The notes below the pieces were generated by a model. It saw only the letters and a program-made list of their open reading frames with translations. It made no database searches and had not been told where the DNA came from. Source: Nostoc sp. DedSLP01 (GTDB lineage: Bacteria; Cyanobacteriota; Cyanobacteriia; Cyanobacteriales; Nostocaceae). Taken from it: DNA of 64,000 nt. Positions within the stretch are counted from its first letter, which is position 1. Each line of letters starts with the position of its first letter. The stretch spans positions 1-64,000 of the forward strand of contig JAVRCJ020000032.1 of assembly GCA_034530875.2 (NCBI GenBank), given 5' to 3'. This document shows, piece by piece, positions 30,552 through 42,145 of this stretch. The translations under genes and the position numbers were made by a program.

Positions 30552-31754
30552 TTACGCATCATCTAAAGCTGCGATACCAGGTAATACCTTACCTTCTAGT
30601 AATTCCAAGCTAGCGCCGCCGCCGGTGGAGATGTGGCTCATTTGGTCGGCTAAACCGACTTTTTCCACAGCTGCCACTGAGTCGCCGCCGCCGATAATCG
30701 TGGTGGTGCCAGTTTTACCGATTTCAGCGAGAGTGCGGGCAATCGCTTCTGTACCTACCGCAAACTTATCAAACTCAAACACACCCATTGGCCCGTTCCA
30801 AATTACTGTTTTGGTATCTTTGAGGGCTTCTTGGAAAACTTTTACTGAGTCTGGGCCAATATCCAAACCCATACCATCAGCGGGGATATTGTCAATGCTG
30901 ACAGTTGTTGCATTGGCATCAGGAGCAAATTTATCTGCCGATACGATATCTGTGGGTAATAGGAAGGTGACACCACGTTCCTTTGCCTTAGCTTCTAAAG
31001 ACTTCGCCAGTTCTAGCTTGTCTTCTTCTACCAACGACTTACCGACATTCAAACCACGGGCTTTGTAGAAGGTAAAAATCATCCCACCGCCAATGATTAG
31101 CTTGTCGCACTTCTCCAGCAGGGTTTCAATGACGCCAATTTTACTGGAAACCTTGGAACCACCTATAATTGCAGCCAGAGGACGCTGGGGATTTTCAATG
31201 GCATTTTGGAGATATTCCAATTCCTTCTCAACCAAATATCCAGCCACAGAAGGACTGAGGAATTTAGTCACGCCTTCAGTAGAAGCATGGGCGCGGTGTG
31301 CAGTACCAAAAGCATCATTTACATAAAAATCAGCATTGGCTGCCAATTTTTTGGCAAATTCTGGCTCGTTTTTCTCTTCTTCTTTGTAGAAGCGGACATT
31401 TTCCAGTAAAAGCACTTGCCCATTTTGCAACGCCGCCACCTTGGCTGCAACTTCATCACCAATGGAGTCATCAGTCTTGATAACTTCTTGCCCCAACAAC
31501 TCAGAGAGGCGCTTAGCCACTGGTGTCAAGCGCAATTTGTCATCCACACCCTTGGGACGACCAAAATGGCTTACCAGAATTACCTTAGCTCCCTTCTGTG
31601 TCAAATCTTTAATAGTTGGCAAAGCGGCGCGAATGCGAGTGTCGTCTGTAATATTGCCTTGGTCATCCACAGGCACATTAAAATCAACCCGCACCAAAGC
31701 GCGTTTTCCAGAGATATCAGCCGCAGATAAACTTGCTAAACTTTTTTTGGACAC
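30552..31754 (-). CDS. pgk: Phosphoglycerate kinase
   Basis: [35 protein letters not shown]. Confidence 0.98.
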   Translation of the reverse strand: MSKKSLASLSAADISGKRALVRVDFNVPVDDQGNITDDTRIRAALPTIKDLTQKGAKVILVSHFGRPKGVDDKLRLTPVAKRLSELLGQEVIKTDDSIGDEVAAKVAALQNGQVLLLENVRFYKEEEKNEPEFAKKLAANADFYVNDAFGTAHRAHASTEGVTKFLSPSVAGYLVEKELEYLQNAIENPQRPLAAIIGGSKVSSKIGVIETLLEKCDKLIIGGGMIFTFYKARGLNVGKSLVEEDKLELAKSLEAKAKERGVTFLLPTDIVSADKFAPDANATTVSIDNIPADGMGLDIGPDSVKVFQEALKDTKTVIWNGPMGVFEFDKFAVGTEAIARTLAEIGKTGTTTIIGGGDSVAAVEKVGLADQMSHISTGGGASLELLEGKVLPGIAALDDA

Positions 31755-31843
31755 AGCAAACTCTCCTGATTGCCTTTTTGTTATTGTTTTGAAAGTAGAA
31801 CCATCCAGATTTTACCGGAGTCAGGGGTGCCCAGGTGATAGAG

Positions 31844-32251
31844 ATGTTTAAGACAGTACTATTTCCAATCGATCAAAGCCGGGAAACACGGGAAGCTGCT
31901 GACGTAGTGACCAACATTGTCCAAAAGTACGGCAGTCGCTTAGTGCTGCTGTCTGTGGTAGAAGAACCACCCCCAGATGCACCTAGTGGAGATCCGATGG
32001 TGTCACCGGAGGCAGTTGCCAAATTGCTGGAAAATGCCCAATTGTTATTTTCCCAACAAGGAATTCAATCCGAAGTTATGGAAAGGCAAGGTAAACCAGC
32101 TTTTACCATTTGCGATGTTGCTGATGAAATCGGGGCAGATTTAATTATCATGGGCTGTCGGGGGCTAGGCTTGACTGAAGAGGGAGCGACTGATAGCGTC
32201 ACCACTCGCGTGATTAACCTTTCCCCTTGTCCAGTGTTGATTGTGCCGTAA
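31844..32251 (+). CDS. Universal stress protein
   Basis: MFKTVLFPID, ADLIIMGCRG, CPVLIVP. Confidence 0.92.
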   Translation: MFKTVLFPIDQSRETREAADVVTNIVQKYGSRLVLLSVVEEPPPDAPSGDPMVSPEAVAKLLENAQLLFSQQGIQSEVMERQGKPAFTICDVADEIGADLIIMGCRGLGLTEEGATDSVTTRVINLSPCPVLIVP

Positions 32252-32299
32252 AAACCTGTAGTTGCGTGACCAGTCTAAAATAATGCAACAGGTGTAGGT

Positions 32300-32331
32300 G
32301 TAAGTTGGGTTGAGTAACGCAAAACCCAACA
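32300..32331. repeat. REP-like palindrome
   Basis: gttgggtt...aacccaac inverted arms. Confidence 0.55.
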
Positions 32332-32733
32332 TCGATAGAGTATGGGTGTGTAGGGGAAGGAGTTACTCCTATTAACTGTTGTTCTCTTGCACCCTTACGC
32401 TTCTTTGTGATTGCCTGACATTCATATACCCTAACTACCACCAACCCAGTGTCAACGGACAATCTTTGTGCGTAAGTACTGTTGCGTCAACTTATTTTGA
32501 GTTTTTTGTTTTGCGATCGCTTGACAGGCAAGACAGCCGCTACATTTACAACATTTTAGTCTTCCTACGTCCCTAGTTTGATTTTTACAAAAATTCCGTA
32601 AACCTATCATGTGAAAATCGCTAGAGTCAGCATATATTGTGGGCATCATAATCCAAGCAGAATAAACAAACTAGCAGCCAAAAAACTCTTTGGCAGCTAG
32701 TTTTTCATTTATATACAACTACAGTATCGGCTG

Positions 32734-33951
32734 ATGGCAGATAGTTTTAGACGTATTCATCGATATAGTTTTACTCAGTATATTTTGGGTTACCGAGAGA
32801 TTAAATTGGGAATCATCTTAGGTATAAGTATTTGGGCATTCGGTGAAGTGAAATTACAAGCCGCCCAACTACAGGAAAATACAAAATCTCTTTTATCCAA
32901 TGCGACTCAGTATGATTTCAAACTTTTAAAACCCAATCGATTTTTGATTGCAGCACCCGAAAACTTCAATCCCAATTTGCAACTACCGCAACCGCGACCG
33001 AAACCGCCAGAAACTCCTACCGTACCGACAACTTCCACCCAACCAACAACACCAAGTGCAGTTTTGGAAAGGATTGATACGGACTATCGTTATGATACAG
33101 ACAACTTTGGTCAAACTAATTTATTCATCGAACCAACGCTTCAGTTTCGATTGAGAAATGGCAATAAAATCTTTTTCAAGACAGGTTTTGATTTCTTTGA
33201 ACAACGCGGTGTTGAATCAGTTAGCAATTTTCCTTTGCAAGTTGGCTGGCTGGGAAAAATTGGAGAAGTGACGTTACAAACAGCAGCGGGAGTCGATGTA
33301 TTTAACCGTTTACCTACAGCTATTAATCTGAATACTAAGGTGGAAATTCCGATTGTGCCGGCGCGGGTTTCGCCATCAGGCCAATTGCGATCGCTATTAG
33401 TAGTATCAGGTAATTTGGAACAAGGGCCTTATAAATTCAATGCCCGAACTTTAGAAAACCAGATTACCGCTTGGCGATTTGGGCCTGATTTATTCTGGCA
33501 AATTGACCGCAACACGAGTTTGTTTTCTTCTTTGCGTTTGGGTAACTACAACGATGGTAATTCTGAGGTGCAGACTTTTAGCAGGCTAGAGCGCAAATTA
33601 GGACAATTTTCTCTAGCAGCTAACTTATTTACTTGGAGTTACGATCGCGATTTAGAAGGCACAAGTGGCTATTTCTCACCACCAGATTTTTTAGTTTACA
33701 ACGCTGAAGTGGCTTGGGAAGGAGATATTAGTAAATTCTTACGCTGTCGCCTCGCTGCCAACTTAGGACGACAGCGACTTAAAGGAGAATTCGATAACGC
33801 CAATACCTACCAAGCACGCTGTACCGTAAAGCTCTCACCCAATATTGAAGCAGACTTGGGCTACAGCTTTAGTAATGTCCGCAATCAAGATACAGGAGAA
33901 AGCGCTTATGGCGGTAATTCCTTAAGAGGACAGTTGCGTGTCAAATTTTAA
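32734..33951 (+). CDS. Putative outer-membrane beta-barrel protein
   Basis: Signal-like N-terminus, Pro-rich linker, amphipathic strands, GYFSP motif, C-terminal Phe. Confidence 0.65.
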   Translation: MADSFRRIHRYSFTQYILGYREIKLGIILGISIWAFGEVKLQAAQLQENTKSLLSNATQYDFKLLKPNRFLIAAPENFNPNLQLPQPRPKPPETPTVPTTSTQPTTPSAVLERIDTDYRYDTDNFGQTNLFIEPTLQFRLRNGNKIFFKTGFDFFEQRGVESVSNFPLQVGWLGKIGEVTLQTAAGVDVFNRLPTAINLNTKVEIPIVPARVSPSGQLRSLLVVSGNLEQGPYKFNARTLENQITAWRFGPDLFWQIDRNTSLFSSLRLGNYNDGNSEVQTFSRLERKLGQFSLAANLFTWSYDRDLEGTSGYFSPPDFLVYNAEVAWEGDISKFLRCRLAANLGRQRLKGEFDNANTYQARCTVKLSPNIEADLGYSFSNVRNQDTGESAYGGNSLRGQLRVKF

Positions 33952-34090
33952 TTCAGAATTCAGAATAAATATAAAATCAAGCGTGCTATGGATTTTTGAT
34001 TTTTTTCAAATTATAAAGCTTGAGTATCAAAGCCTTCTAACTCCTAACTCATAACTCCTGAAAAGACTTGGGTTAATCGCGTCTCTACTT

Positions 34091-34159
34091 CTAACTCCTG
34101 CCTCCTCTGCCTCCTGCCTCCTGCCCCCTGCCTCCTCTGCCTCCTGCCCCCCGCCTCCC
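34091..34159. repeat. STRR array (cctgcct/ctgcctc)n just upstream of the kinase start
   Basis: Tandem 7-9-mers. Confidence 0.85.
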
Positions 34160-34164
34160 GAAAG

Positions 34165-37100
34165 ATGAAAGCACCATTACCTGAGAACGAAACACAGCGA
34201 ATTGAGTCTCTTTTGGAGTATAAAATCCTCGATACTCCTGCGGAAGCTGCTTTTGACGACCTGACTCGTTTAGCTTCATATATTTGTGGGGCTCCCATCG
34301 CTTTGATCAGTTTAGTCGATCGCGATCGCCAGTGGTTCAAGTCAAAAGTTGGTTTGGATGCCCTAGAAACACCCAGAGATATCGCATTCTGCGCCCATGC
34401 GATTTTACAACCGGAAGTTTTTGTTGTCCCTGATGCCACAAAAGACGAAAGGTTCGCTACAAACCCGGTAGTTACTTCCGATCCTCATGTGCGTTTTTAT
34501 GCTGGCGTACCGTTGACTAATCCTGAAGGATATGCATTGGGAACGCTTTGTGTAATCGATCGCATACCCAGAAACCTTTCTCCAGAACAAATTGAAGTTT
34601 TACGAATACTAGGCCGCCAGGTAATTAAGCAACTAGAAATGCGGCGCACCTTGGCAAGTTTAGTTCTAGCGAGCGATACACGCAAACAAGCACAGAAGGT
34701 ACGCCAACAATTTTTAACAAGAATTGCCCAAGGATTTGCGCTGGCCTTGGTTATTTTAGTTTTGATTGGCACGCTCTCATATCAAAGTACGCAAGTGTTG
34801 ATTAATACGAGTAAAGAATTGCTCAACACTCAAGTGACAATCAATTGTTTGCAAGAACTTTTATCTCATATTAAAGATGCGGAAACCGGGCAACGCGGAT
34901 ATATACTCACTGGAAACGAAGCCTATCTCGAACCATATCAGACAGCACTTGTCAAAGTTGCTCCAGAAATTCAGCAGTTAAGAAAATTAACACCAGAAGA
35001 TCCTCAGCAACTAAATCAAATTGACACTCTTGAATCTCTGATAGTAGTAAAACTCAACGAGCTGAAAAAGACTATCGACTTGCGCCAGCATCAAGGATTA
35101 GATGCGGCATTGGAGGTCATCAAAACAGACCGAGGAAATAACCTCATGAATGATATTCGCAATATCATTCGTGAGATGGAAAATGAGGAGCAAGAAAAGC
35201 TCCAGCAGCATTTAAAAATCACTAAAATCAGTATCCAAAATACAGTTTTGATGCAGGCGATCGCTATTTGCTTAAGTTTCCTAATTCTGGCTATAGTCTA
35301 CTATTTTATTTATCGCGAAGCCAGAGAGCGTAAATTCACGGAGGAAGCACTGAATAAAGAACGCAACTTTATCTCAGCAGTTCTTGATACAGCCAGCGCT
35401 TTAGTAATAGTTCTCGACGCCCAAGGGCAAATCGTTCGCTTTAATCATGCTTGCGAGGAAACAACTGGTTATTCATTTGATGAAGTCAGTGGCAGGTATT
35501 TCTGGAATCTGTTTTTACTTCCGCAACAAGTAGAGCGAGTAAAAGCTGTTTTTGAACAACTGCGAGTTGGTGAAGGTTCAAAGGAGTACGAAAGCTATTG
35601 GATAATGAAAAATGGTAGTCGGCGGCTAATTGCATGGACTAACACTATTTTGCAAGACTATGAGGGTCGCGTTGAATACATTATTGCTACAGGTATTGAT
35701 ATTAGCGATCGCAAACGAGCAGAACAGCATCTGAAAGCACAGTATGCGACAACCCGCGTCTTAGCAGAGTCCACTACCATCAAAGAAGCTATGTGCCAAA
35801 TTTTGCAAGGCATCTGCGAAAGTTTGGGATGGGCTTTGAGTGAAATTTGGATGATAGATCGGCAAGTGAATATACTGGTTTATTTATATAGCTGGTATCA
35901 AACATCATTAGAGTTGCAAGAATTTGAAATCCTCAGTCGCCAGAGCACCTTTGCTCCAGGAATTGGCTTGCCTGGTCGTGTCTGGGCTAGTGGAGAACCT
36001 GTTTGGATGCCTGATGTCACTAAAGATCGCGATTTCTCGCGCTGTGAAATTGCTGCCAAAGCCGGACTGCATGGAGCTTTTGGTTTTCCGATCCGTGGGA
36101 ATAAAAAAATTCTTGGTGTAATTACTTGCTTTAGTCATGATATCCAGCAACCAGATTCAGATTTAGCCACAGTGATGAATTCCATTGGCGAGCAAGTGGG
36201 GCAATTTATTGAGCGCAAACAGGCTGAAGAAGAACTGCAACGCCAAAACTTGCGATCGCAATTATTTACTGAAATTACCCTGAAAATTCGCCAATCTTTG
36301 CAGATTAAAGAAATTCTGCAAATCGCTGTTACCGAAGTCCAAAAAATTCTCCATAGCGATCGAGTTTTAATCTATCAGCCTTTGTCGGATGGCTCTGGAA
36401 GTACCATTGTCGAGGCAGTAGTTTCTGGCTGGCTGACAATCAAAGAGAAAAAGCTCACTGAGGTATACTTGAAAGCCGAATATCTACAACAGTATTATCT
36501 CCAGCAGTATCGTCAAAAAAAGAATTTGGGGTTTGCAGATTTGGATTTAGGCCAAATCCAAAAAAATTATATAGAATTACTCCAACAATTTGGGGTCAAA
36601 TCCAATTTAGTTGTACCCATTCTTGTCAAAGAAGAACTTTGCGGTTTGCTAATTGTGCATCAGTGCGGTAGTTCTCGCCAATGGTCTAGCTTTGAAACTC
36701 ATCTTTTGCGGCAAATAGCCGACCAAGTAGGTATCGCCTTAGCCCAAGCTCAAATGTTAGATGCTGAAACTCAACAGCGGCTAGAACTGGAAGTTGCTCG
36801 TCACGAAGCTGAATTAGCTTCTAAAACCAAAAGTGCTTTTTTAGCCAATATGAGCCACGAAATCCGTACCCCAATGAATGCTGTGTTGGGAATGACAGGC
36901 TTAATGTTAGAAACTCCCCTCAACCCGGAACAACGAGATTTTATTGAAACAATTCGCATTAGTGGAGATGCGCTGTTAAGTCTAATTAACGAAATTTTGG
37001 ATCTCTCCAAACTCGAAGCTGGGGAGATGGTATTAGAAACTTTAGATTTTGACTTATCTACCTGTGTGGAAGAGGTCTTGGAATTATTAGCCCCCGCAGC

Positions 37101-38832
37101 TCATAACAAGGGATTAGAAATTGCAGCCTTGATTTATCCCAACGTTCCTACGGAACTTCAAGGTGATGCTGGTCGTTTGCGGCAAATTTTGATGAATCTA
37201 ATTAGCAATGCCATTAAATTCACCAGCACTGGAGAAGTAGTAGTACGGATAGAACTGCGTTCGCAAACTGCTAACACAGCTACCATTTACTTTGCCATCA
37301 TAGATACCGGTCTTGGCATTAGCCCTGAAGACCAATCCAGACTATTTAAGGCATTTACTCAAGTAGATACTTCCACTACCCGTAAGTATGGCGGTACGGG
37401 TTTGGGATTAGCCATTTGCAAACAACTAGTAAGCTTGATGGGAGGAGAAATTGGTTTAGAAAGTCGCCTCGGTAAAGGATCTAAGTTTTGGTTTCAAATA
37501 ACTTTGCCCAAGCAACTTTACCCAATTTGCTCGATACCCGATAGCGAACTTCTAACTAATCGGCGCTTATTAGTAGTAGATGATAATCCGACTAATCGCA
37601 AAATTATTCAGTATCAAGCTAACCGCTGGGGGATGTTAGTAGATCAAGCGGCTTCTGCTACTATTGCCCTCAAAGCGATCGAACAAGCTGCCAAACAAAA
37701 AAGACCTTATGACATTGCTGTTATTGATATGCAAATGCCAGAAATAGATGGCATGACTTTGGGAAAGGAAATTAAGAAAAATTCCGCCATCCCCCAGTTA
37801 CCTTTGATTATGCTCACCTCTACAAATCAACGCGATGAAATCCAACGAGCGCTAGAAATTGGATTTGCTGCTTATTTGGTCAAACCTGTGAAGCCCTCAC
37901 GACTTTTTGATGCGATCGTTACTATTTTAGAAATCCAACAAGAGGACACGGTGACGCAAAGAGTGACAGACACGGAGAATCTATCTACTACATTCCCCGC
38001 GTCCCCCTATCCCCGCGTCTTTGCGTCTTCTTGTGCAATTTCTAACTCTCCTAAATTAAGAATTCTTTTAGCTGAGGATAATTTGGTAAATCAGAAAGTC
38101 GCCTTGAAGCAACTCCAAAGTCTCGGCTACAGTGCTGATGTTGCTGCTAATGGTCAAGAAGTATTGCAGCTATTAGAAAAAATTCCCTACGATTTAATTT
38201 TGATGGACTGGCAAATGCCAATTCTTGATGGTTTGGAAACCACCAAAGAAATTCATCGTTGGCACAACAATTCCTTTGTCAACGGTCATCGTCCTGTAAT
38301 AATTGCGATGACCGCTAATGCTATGAAAGAAGACAAACAAATGTGTTTAGATGCAGGTATGGATGACTATATAAGTAAACCTGTATTGAAGGAAGATTTG
38401 GCCGCGACTTTAGAACGTTGGGCAATATCAGCATTGCCCAAACAAGCTGTTGTCTTGGAGACAACTTCTACCACAAATGTTGGTTTAGTTGAGCTACCAA
38501 TTGATTGGGAACGCTTGCATCAACTTTCAGAAAATAACCCAGAATTTGAATTAGAATTACTGCAAATATTTATTGAAGATATTCAACCTCGGCTAGAGAT
38601 AATTAAAAAGGCGATCGCTGCTCGTGAATTCGAGCAAATAGCGCGAGAAGCTCATCAAATTAAAGGTGCTAGTGGCAATATGGGTGTAACAACCATGTGT
38701 CTGGCAGCCCAAAAATTAGAAAAATTAGCTTATAATCAAGAGTTTGAAGGTACTAATAGCTTAATTTTAGAGTTAGAAGAATTTGTTACAATTATCCAAA
38801 ACTTTTTAACAAAACAGAATTGTGAAATCTAA
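34165..38832 (+). CDS. Hybrid sensor histidine kinase: GAF-CHASE3-PAS-GAF-GAF-HisKA-HATPase-REC-REC-Hpt
   Basis: [13 protein letters not shown] (CHASE3), [33 protein letters not shown], two REC domains (DMQMP, DWQMP), AHQIKGAS (Hpt). Confidence 0.93.
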   Translation: MKAPLPENETQRIESLLEYKILDTPAEAAFDDLTRLASYICGAPIALISLVDRDRQWFKSKVGLDALETPRDIAFCAHAILQPEVFVVPDATKDERFATNPVVTSDPHVRFYAGVPLTNPEGYALGTLCVIDRIPRNLSPEQIEVLRILGRQVIKQLEMRRTLASLVLASDTRKQAQKVRQQFLTRIAQGFALALVILVLIGTLSYQSTQVLINTSKELLNTQVTINCLQELLSHIKDAETGQRGYILTGNEAYLEPYQTALVKVAPEIQQLRKLTPEDPQQLNQIDTLESLIVVKLNELKKTIDLRQHQGLDAALEVIKTDRGNNLMNDIRNIIREMENEEQEKLQQHLKITKISIQNTVLMQAIAICLSFLILAIVYYFIYREARERKFTEEALNKERNFISAVLDTASALVIVLDAQGQIVRFNHACEETTGYSFDEVSGRYFWNLFLLPQQVERVKAVFEQLRVGEGSKEYESYWIMKNGSRRLIAWTNTILQDYEGRVEYIIATGIDISDRKRAEQHLKAQYATTRVLAESTTIKEAMCQILQGICESLGWALSEIWMIDRQVNILVYLYSWYQTSLELQEFEILSRQSTFAPGIGLPGRVWASGEPVWMPDVTKDRDFSRCEIAAKAGLHGAFGFPIRGNKKILGVITCFSHDIQQPDSDLATVMNSIGEQVGQFIERKQAEEELQRQNLRSQLFTEITLKIRQSLQIKEILQIAVTEVQKILHSDRVLIYQPLSDGSGSTIVEAVVSGWLTIKEKKLTEVYLKAEYLQQYYLQQYRQKKNLGFADLDLGQIQKNYIELLQQFGVKSNLVVPILVKEELCGLLIVHQCGSSRQWSSFETHLLRQIADQVGIALAQAQMLDAETQQRLELEVARHEAELASKTKSAFLANMSHEIRTPMNAVLGMTGLMLETPLNPEQRDFIETIRISGDALLSLINEILDLSKLEAGEMVLETLDFDLSTCVEEVLELLAPAAHNKGLEIAALIYPNVPTELQGDAGRLRQILMNLISNAIKFTSTGEVVVRIELRSQTANTATIYFAIIDTGLGISPEDQSRLFKAFTQVDTSTTRKYGGTGLGLAICKQLVSLMGGEIGLESRLGKGSKFWFQITLPKQLYPICSIPDSELLTNRRLLVVDDNPTNRKIIQYQANRWGMLVDQAASATIALKAIEQAAKQKRPYDIAVIDMQMPEIDGMTLGKEIKKNSAIPQLPLIMLTSTNQRDEIQRALEIGFAAYLVKPVKPSRLFDAIVTILEIQQEDTVTQRVTDTENLSTTFPASPYPRVFASSCAISNSPKLRILLAEDNLVNQKVALKQLQSLGYSADVAANGQEVLQLLEKIPYDLILMDWQMPILDGLETTKEIHRWHNNSFVNGHRPVIIAMTANAMKEDKQMCLDAGMDDYISKPVLKEDLAATLERWAISALPKQAVVLETTSTTNVGLVELPIDWERLHQLSENNPEFELELLQIFIEDIQPRLEIIKKAIAAREFEQIAREAHQIKGASGNMGVTTMCLAAQKLEKLAYNQEFEGTNSLILELEEFVTIIQNFLTKQNCEI

Positions 38833-38840
38833 ATTCTTCT

Positions 38841-40922
38841 TCAAGGCGCTAATCTCGCCTTACCTAGACGCTGCTTTTCATACCATTGAGCGATCGCCGG
38901 TGCCCAAGAAGCAAAGTGAGGCCACATCAGTTCGCACAACTTTTGAATTTCTAGTTGAGCGTCTTTCTTATTTCTCAAATCGCAAAAATGCAAGAAAGAC
39001 CGAAGATTAAAACTAACTACAAAATGCTGACGATAATCAAAAGGTACTTTACCTCTGGCGTGTTCTTCAGACATTCCCCCTTCAAAATCAGCTTTATATC
39101 GTTTAGCTGCTTCTAGACACCACTCCAAATCCGCTGCTCGTTGTTCTGGCGTATAGTAATACTTTTTACCTTGTCTGTCTGTGTAATAACCAACCGGACG
39201 CAGATAAATAACATCTTCTATGTCTTTCTTACCTTCTACTACTTCAATAAATTGGTTACCAGTGTAGCGAAAAGAATTGTGAACTACAATTCCATTAGCA
39301 ACAAAATTATGCCAATAACCATCAACTTCTAGATCGTAAGTCATTTGTTGCCCAAGGTATTCTATACTCTTAACTTTGACTGGATGCGCCTGAAGCTTTC
39401 TACTAATAGGCTTCGGCTTGGAAGGCCAAATTTCAGTTTCTAGGGTTAGTTTGTAGGATTTAGCAAATTCAAACTCTTGATTATTTTGATGGATATATTC
39501 GTGACACTTTCTGCATAAAGTTACTAGGTTATCAAATTCATAAGCAAGCAATTCATTAGCATAGACTGGTATTAAATGATGAGCATGAAGATTCCCGCCA
39601 CGAAGTTTACATTTTTGGCAAATATAATTGAACTTTTCATGTACTTGTGGAGCAATTTTTCTTGTCCATGCACCTATTAGCTCTCTTTCAGTAGATGTAC
39701 CTCCTTTCCAAAAGTTAGATTCTTCTTTTCTTTTTGTGTATTTCTTTGCGTTCTCTATACGTTTTGTTCGACTTTCTTCTGACAAGTTTAAGTGATAACC
39801 ACCTTTACCCTTATTCCAAGGATTTTTGGAACCAGGTGGTTTTTTATTTAGGGATAATCCATAAGCGTAAACCCATTTTTTAATTGCTTCTACAGAGCAG
39901 TTGGCTAGTGCTGCCATTTCATCAGCATGAAGTCCTTTATTTAGTTGCTCTTCTAACCAAAACTTGTCTCGATAGAGCGCATCAGGTTTATAGTTCCAGG
40001 GTTTATGTTCCTTAACAAATTGAGTATCTTGTTGATTTAAAGATAATCCATATCTACTAGCCCAATTTCTAATAGTATTTATGGAACATTTTGATAAGGA
40101 TGCAATTTCTAATGTGGAGAGTCCTTGGGCGATTTGAGATTTCAGCCATTCCCTCTTTGTGTAAAGTCCGTTGCCTACTATTTTCAGACCATTACACATC
40201 AAGTTGCACGGCTTAGTCATTTTAACTACGCTACCGTCATGATTAGTAACTAAACCAACAGCATCGCCCATCCTTTGCCAGCCTTCTGAAGTAAATAAGC
40301 GATGGTTAACAGTACAATCTAAAGTTTTTCCATCTTCTAAAGTTACTCGGTAGACGGGCTGAAGACCACTGCACATTACATCTTTAATATGTCCAACTTC
40401 AAATAAGCCAGTTTCTTCGTTGAGAACTCGCAAACGCATTTTGCGGATACGTTGTTTACAGTCACGTCGATACTGACCGGGTGGTTCTCCATTTCTACCG
40501 CGAATTGACCTTTGACGTAGTGCTTTTTCACCGTTAGTCCAGAGTTCGTATAACTCTCCAATAGTTTTTTTCAACTTTTGGTTAGTTTCGCCTTCACAGT
40601 TAACAAAAGTAATTTCAGTATTAGCAGCTAGACATTGTACATCAAATGATACTCCAACTCTATGGGTACGCGCCTGTTGCATAACGCTGTGGGGAAAGTA
40701 GCCACAGTTGAAAACAATCTGGGGATGTTCTAGAGGCCCGTAATGTCCTCTTTCTCCCGCTAAAAGTCGCTTAACAATAATTTCGCCGCATTGTGACTCC
40801 GATGGCCATGAGTCGCGCTCATCAAATACAAACGCATCGGTATAGTCTTGGTGCATCGCAGCGTAAATCACCTGCTGCGGGTTTGGGGTTTTGGCAATAA
40901 CCTCTACTCGAAATCGATGCAT
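38841..40922 (-). CDS. thyX: Flavin-dependent thymidylate synthase ThyX precursor containing an intein
   Basis: GHYGPLEH, QARTHRVGVSFDVQ//SFRY motif, EEHARG, AQLEIQ; ATG at 40922; 240 aa after removing the intein. Confidence 0.92.
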   Translation of the reverse strand: MHRFRVEVIAKTPNPQQVIYAAMHQDYTDAFVFDERDSWPSESQCGEIIVKRLLAGERGHYGPLEHPQIVFNCGYFPHSVMQQARTHRVGVSFDVQCLAANTEITFVNCEGETNQKLKKTIGELYELWTNGEKALRQRSIRGRNGEPPGQYRRDCKQRIRKMRLRVLNEETGLFEVGHIKDVMCSGLQPVYRVTLEDGKTLDCTVNHRLFTSEGWQRMGDAVGLVTNHDGSVVKMTKPCNLMCNGLKIVGNGLYTKREWLKSQIAQGLSTLEIASLSKCSINTIRNWASRYGLSLNQQDTQFVKEHKPWNYKPDALYRDKFWLEEQLNKGLHADEMAALANCSVEAIKKWVYAYGLSLNKKPPGSKNPWNKGKGGYHLNLSEESRTKRIENAKKYTKRKEESNFWKGGTSTERELIGAWTRKIAPQVHEKFNYICQKCKLRGGNLHAHHLIPVYANELLAYEFDNLVTLCRKCHEYIHQNNQEFEFAKSYKLTLETEIWPSKPKPISRKLQAHPVKVKSIEYLGQQMTYDLEVDGYWHNFVANGIVVHNSFRYTGNQFIEVVEGKKDIEDVIYLRPVGYYTDRQGKKYYYTPEQRAADLEWCLEAAKRYKADFEGGMSEEHARGKVPFDYRQHFVVSFNLRSFLHFCDLRNKKDAQLEIQKLCELMWPHFASWAPAIAQWYEKQRLGKARLAP
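39276..40634 (-). mobile_element. Intein (453 aa) with HNH homing endonuclease
   Basis: Starts with Cys (CLAANTEI); block B TVNHRLFT; ends TYDLEVDGYWHNFVANGIVVHN before Ser+1; internal CQKC...HAHH...NLVTLCRKCH. Confidence 0.93.
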
Positions 40923-41025
40923 TGGCTGTATGAAAGTGCATGAGAACAGAGAACAGAACCTATGAAAGTTAAACATGGCTTTGAACTCGATTCATCATCA
41001 TATCTCTTTTGACAGATTAAGAGAC

Positions 41026-41064
41026 TTTACAAATTTTAATAAACTTGTTACAGTTCTTTACATA
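41026..41064 (+). promoter_or_regulatory. HLR1-like (RpaB/NblR-type) direct repeats upstream of the hli gene
   Basis: gttacagt-tc-tttacata (41047-41064) and tttacaaa (41026-41033) resemble (G/T)TTACA(T/A)(T/A)-N2 repeats. Confidence 0.6.
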
Positions 41065-41087
41065 AAGAAAGTATAGGGGATAATCAA

Positions 41088-41303
41088 ATGCGTACAGGTA
41101 CTGCTATAGTTGATGACCAAGGCAAACTGAACAACTTTGCGATCGAGCCAAAGGTTTATGTAGACGAGCAAGGCGATCGCACTGGCTTCACACCTTATGC
41201 AGAACTGCTCAACGGTCGTTTAGCAATGATTGGTTTTGTTGCTCTAATAACATTAGAAGTACTAACAGGACACGGGATTATTGGTTTTTTGACAAGTCTG
41301 TAA
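41088..41303 (+). CDS. High-light-inducible protein (HLIP/CAB-like)
   Basis: [24 protein letters not shown] chlorophyll-binding motif. Confidence 0.93.
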   Translation: MRTGTAIVDDQGKLNNFAIEPKVYVDEQGDRTGFTPYAELLNGRLAMIGFVALITLEVLTGHGIIGFLTSL

Positions 41304-41449
41304 TAACTAAGGCAGAATTTAGAACTCAAAATTCAGAAATCGCAATCGGCTAACAGAAGTCAAATAAGCTTTAGCCCAAACTTTGAGACTTATGTTGTTC
41401 GCCAACTTGAAATCCGCTGTAATTTGTGTCAAACAACTTGCAAAAAATC

Positions 41450-41477
41450 TAACAGACGATATATGTATCGTCTGTTA
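41450..41477. terminator. 12-bp stem hairpin
   Basis: taacagacgata / tatcgtctgtta flanked by A/T tracts. Confidence 0.5.
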
Positions 41478-41563
41478 AATTTATTTGTGGAAAATTAAGT
41501 GATATGTTGAAGACATACTGATAGCAAAAGCGCTAATCGAAGTACAAATATATTCGGCGAACT

Positions 41564-42145
41564 ATGGCTTTAACAGCTTCAACAATGTTGCCACTAGGCA
41601 CTAAAGCACCAGATTTTAATCTACCGGAAGTTATATCTGGAAAGGCAACTTCACTTTCGACATTTGCAGAAAAAAAAGCGCTGTTGGTGATGTTTATTTG
41701 TCGGCATTGTCCATTTGTCAAGCATGTCCAACAAGAATTAGCGCAGTTAGGAAAAGATTATTTTACAAGCGATTTAGCGATCGTTGCCATTAGCGCTAAC
41801 GATGCTAAAAATTACCCAGATGATGCGCCAGAATCCTTAAAAGCATTTGCCACAGAACAAGGATTTACTTTTACAGTATGCTACGACGAGAGCCAGGGAA
41901 CTGCAAAAGCTTACACAGCAGCTTGCACACCAGATTTCTTTCTATTTGATAGCTCGCGGCAACTTGTTTATCGCGGACAATTGGATGATAGTCGTCCTAG
42001 TAATGGAAAACCTGTAACCGGCAAAGATTTACGTGCAGCCATTGAAGCAGTGTTGGCAGATAAACCTCTTTCCATAGAGCAAAAGCCGAGTATTGGGTGC
42101 AACATTAAATGGAAACCTGGAAACGAACCAAGTTATTTTGGTTAG
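41564..42145 (+). CDS. AhpC/TSA thioredoxin-family (peroxiredoxin-like) protein
   Basis: FICRHCPFV, AACTPDFF, YRGQLDDS, SIGCNIKW. Confidence 0.92.
   Translation: MALTASTMLPLGTKAPDFNLPEVISGKATSLSTFAEKKALLVMFICRHCPFVKHVQQELAQLGKDYFTSDLAIVAISANDAKNYPDDAPESLKAFATEQGFTFTVCYDESQGTAKAYTAACTPDFFLFDSSRQLVYRGQLDDSRPSNGKPVTGKDLRAAIEAVLADKPLSIEQKPSIGCNIKWKPGNEPSYFG

Noticed and set aside
30625..31851. Several plus-strand ORFs opposite pgk
   Set aside because: Antisense shadows of a conserved gene
34044..34439. 131-aa minus-strand ORF with GGRRQRRQ repeats
   Set aside because: Shadow of the kinase start plus translated STRR array
38841..40976. thyX as a disrupted pseudogene or group I intron host
   Set aside because: The insert is in frame with complete intein splicing motifs, and its removal restores a 240-aa ThyX
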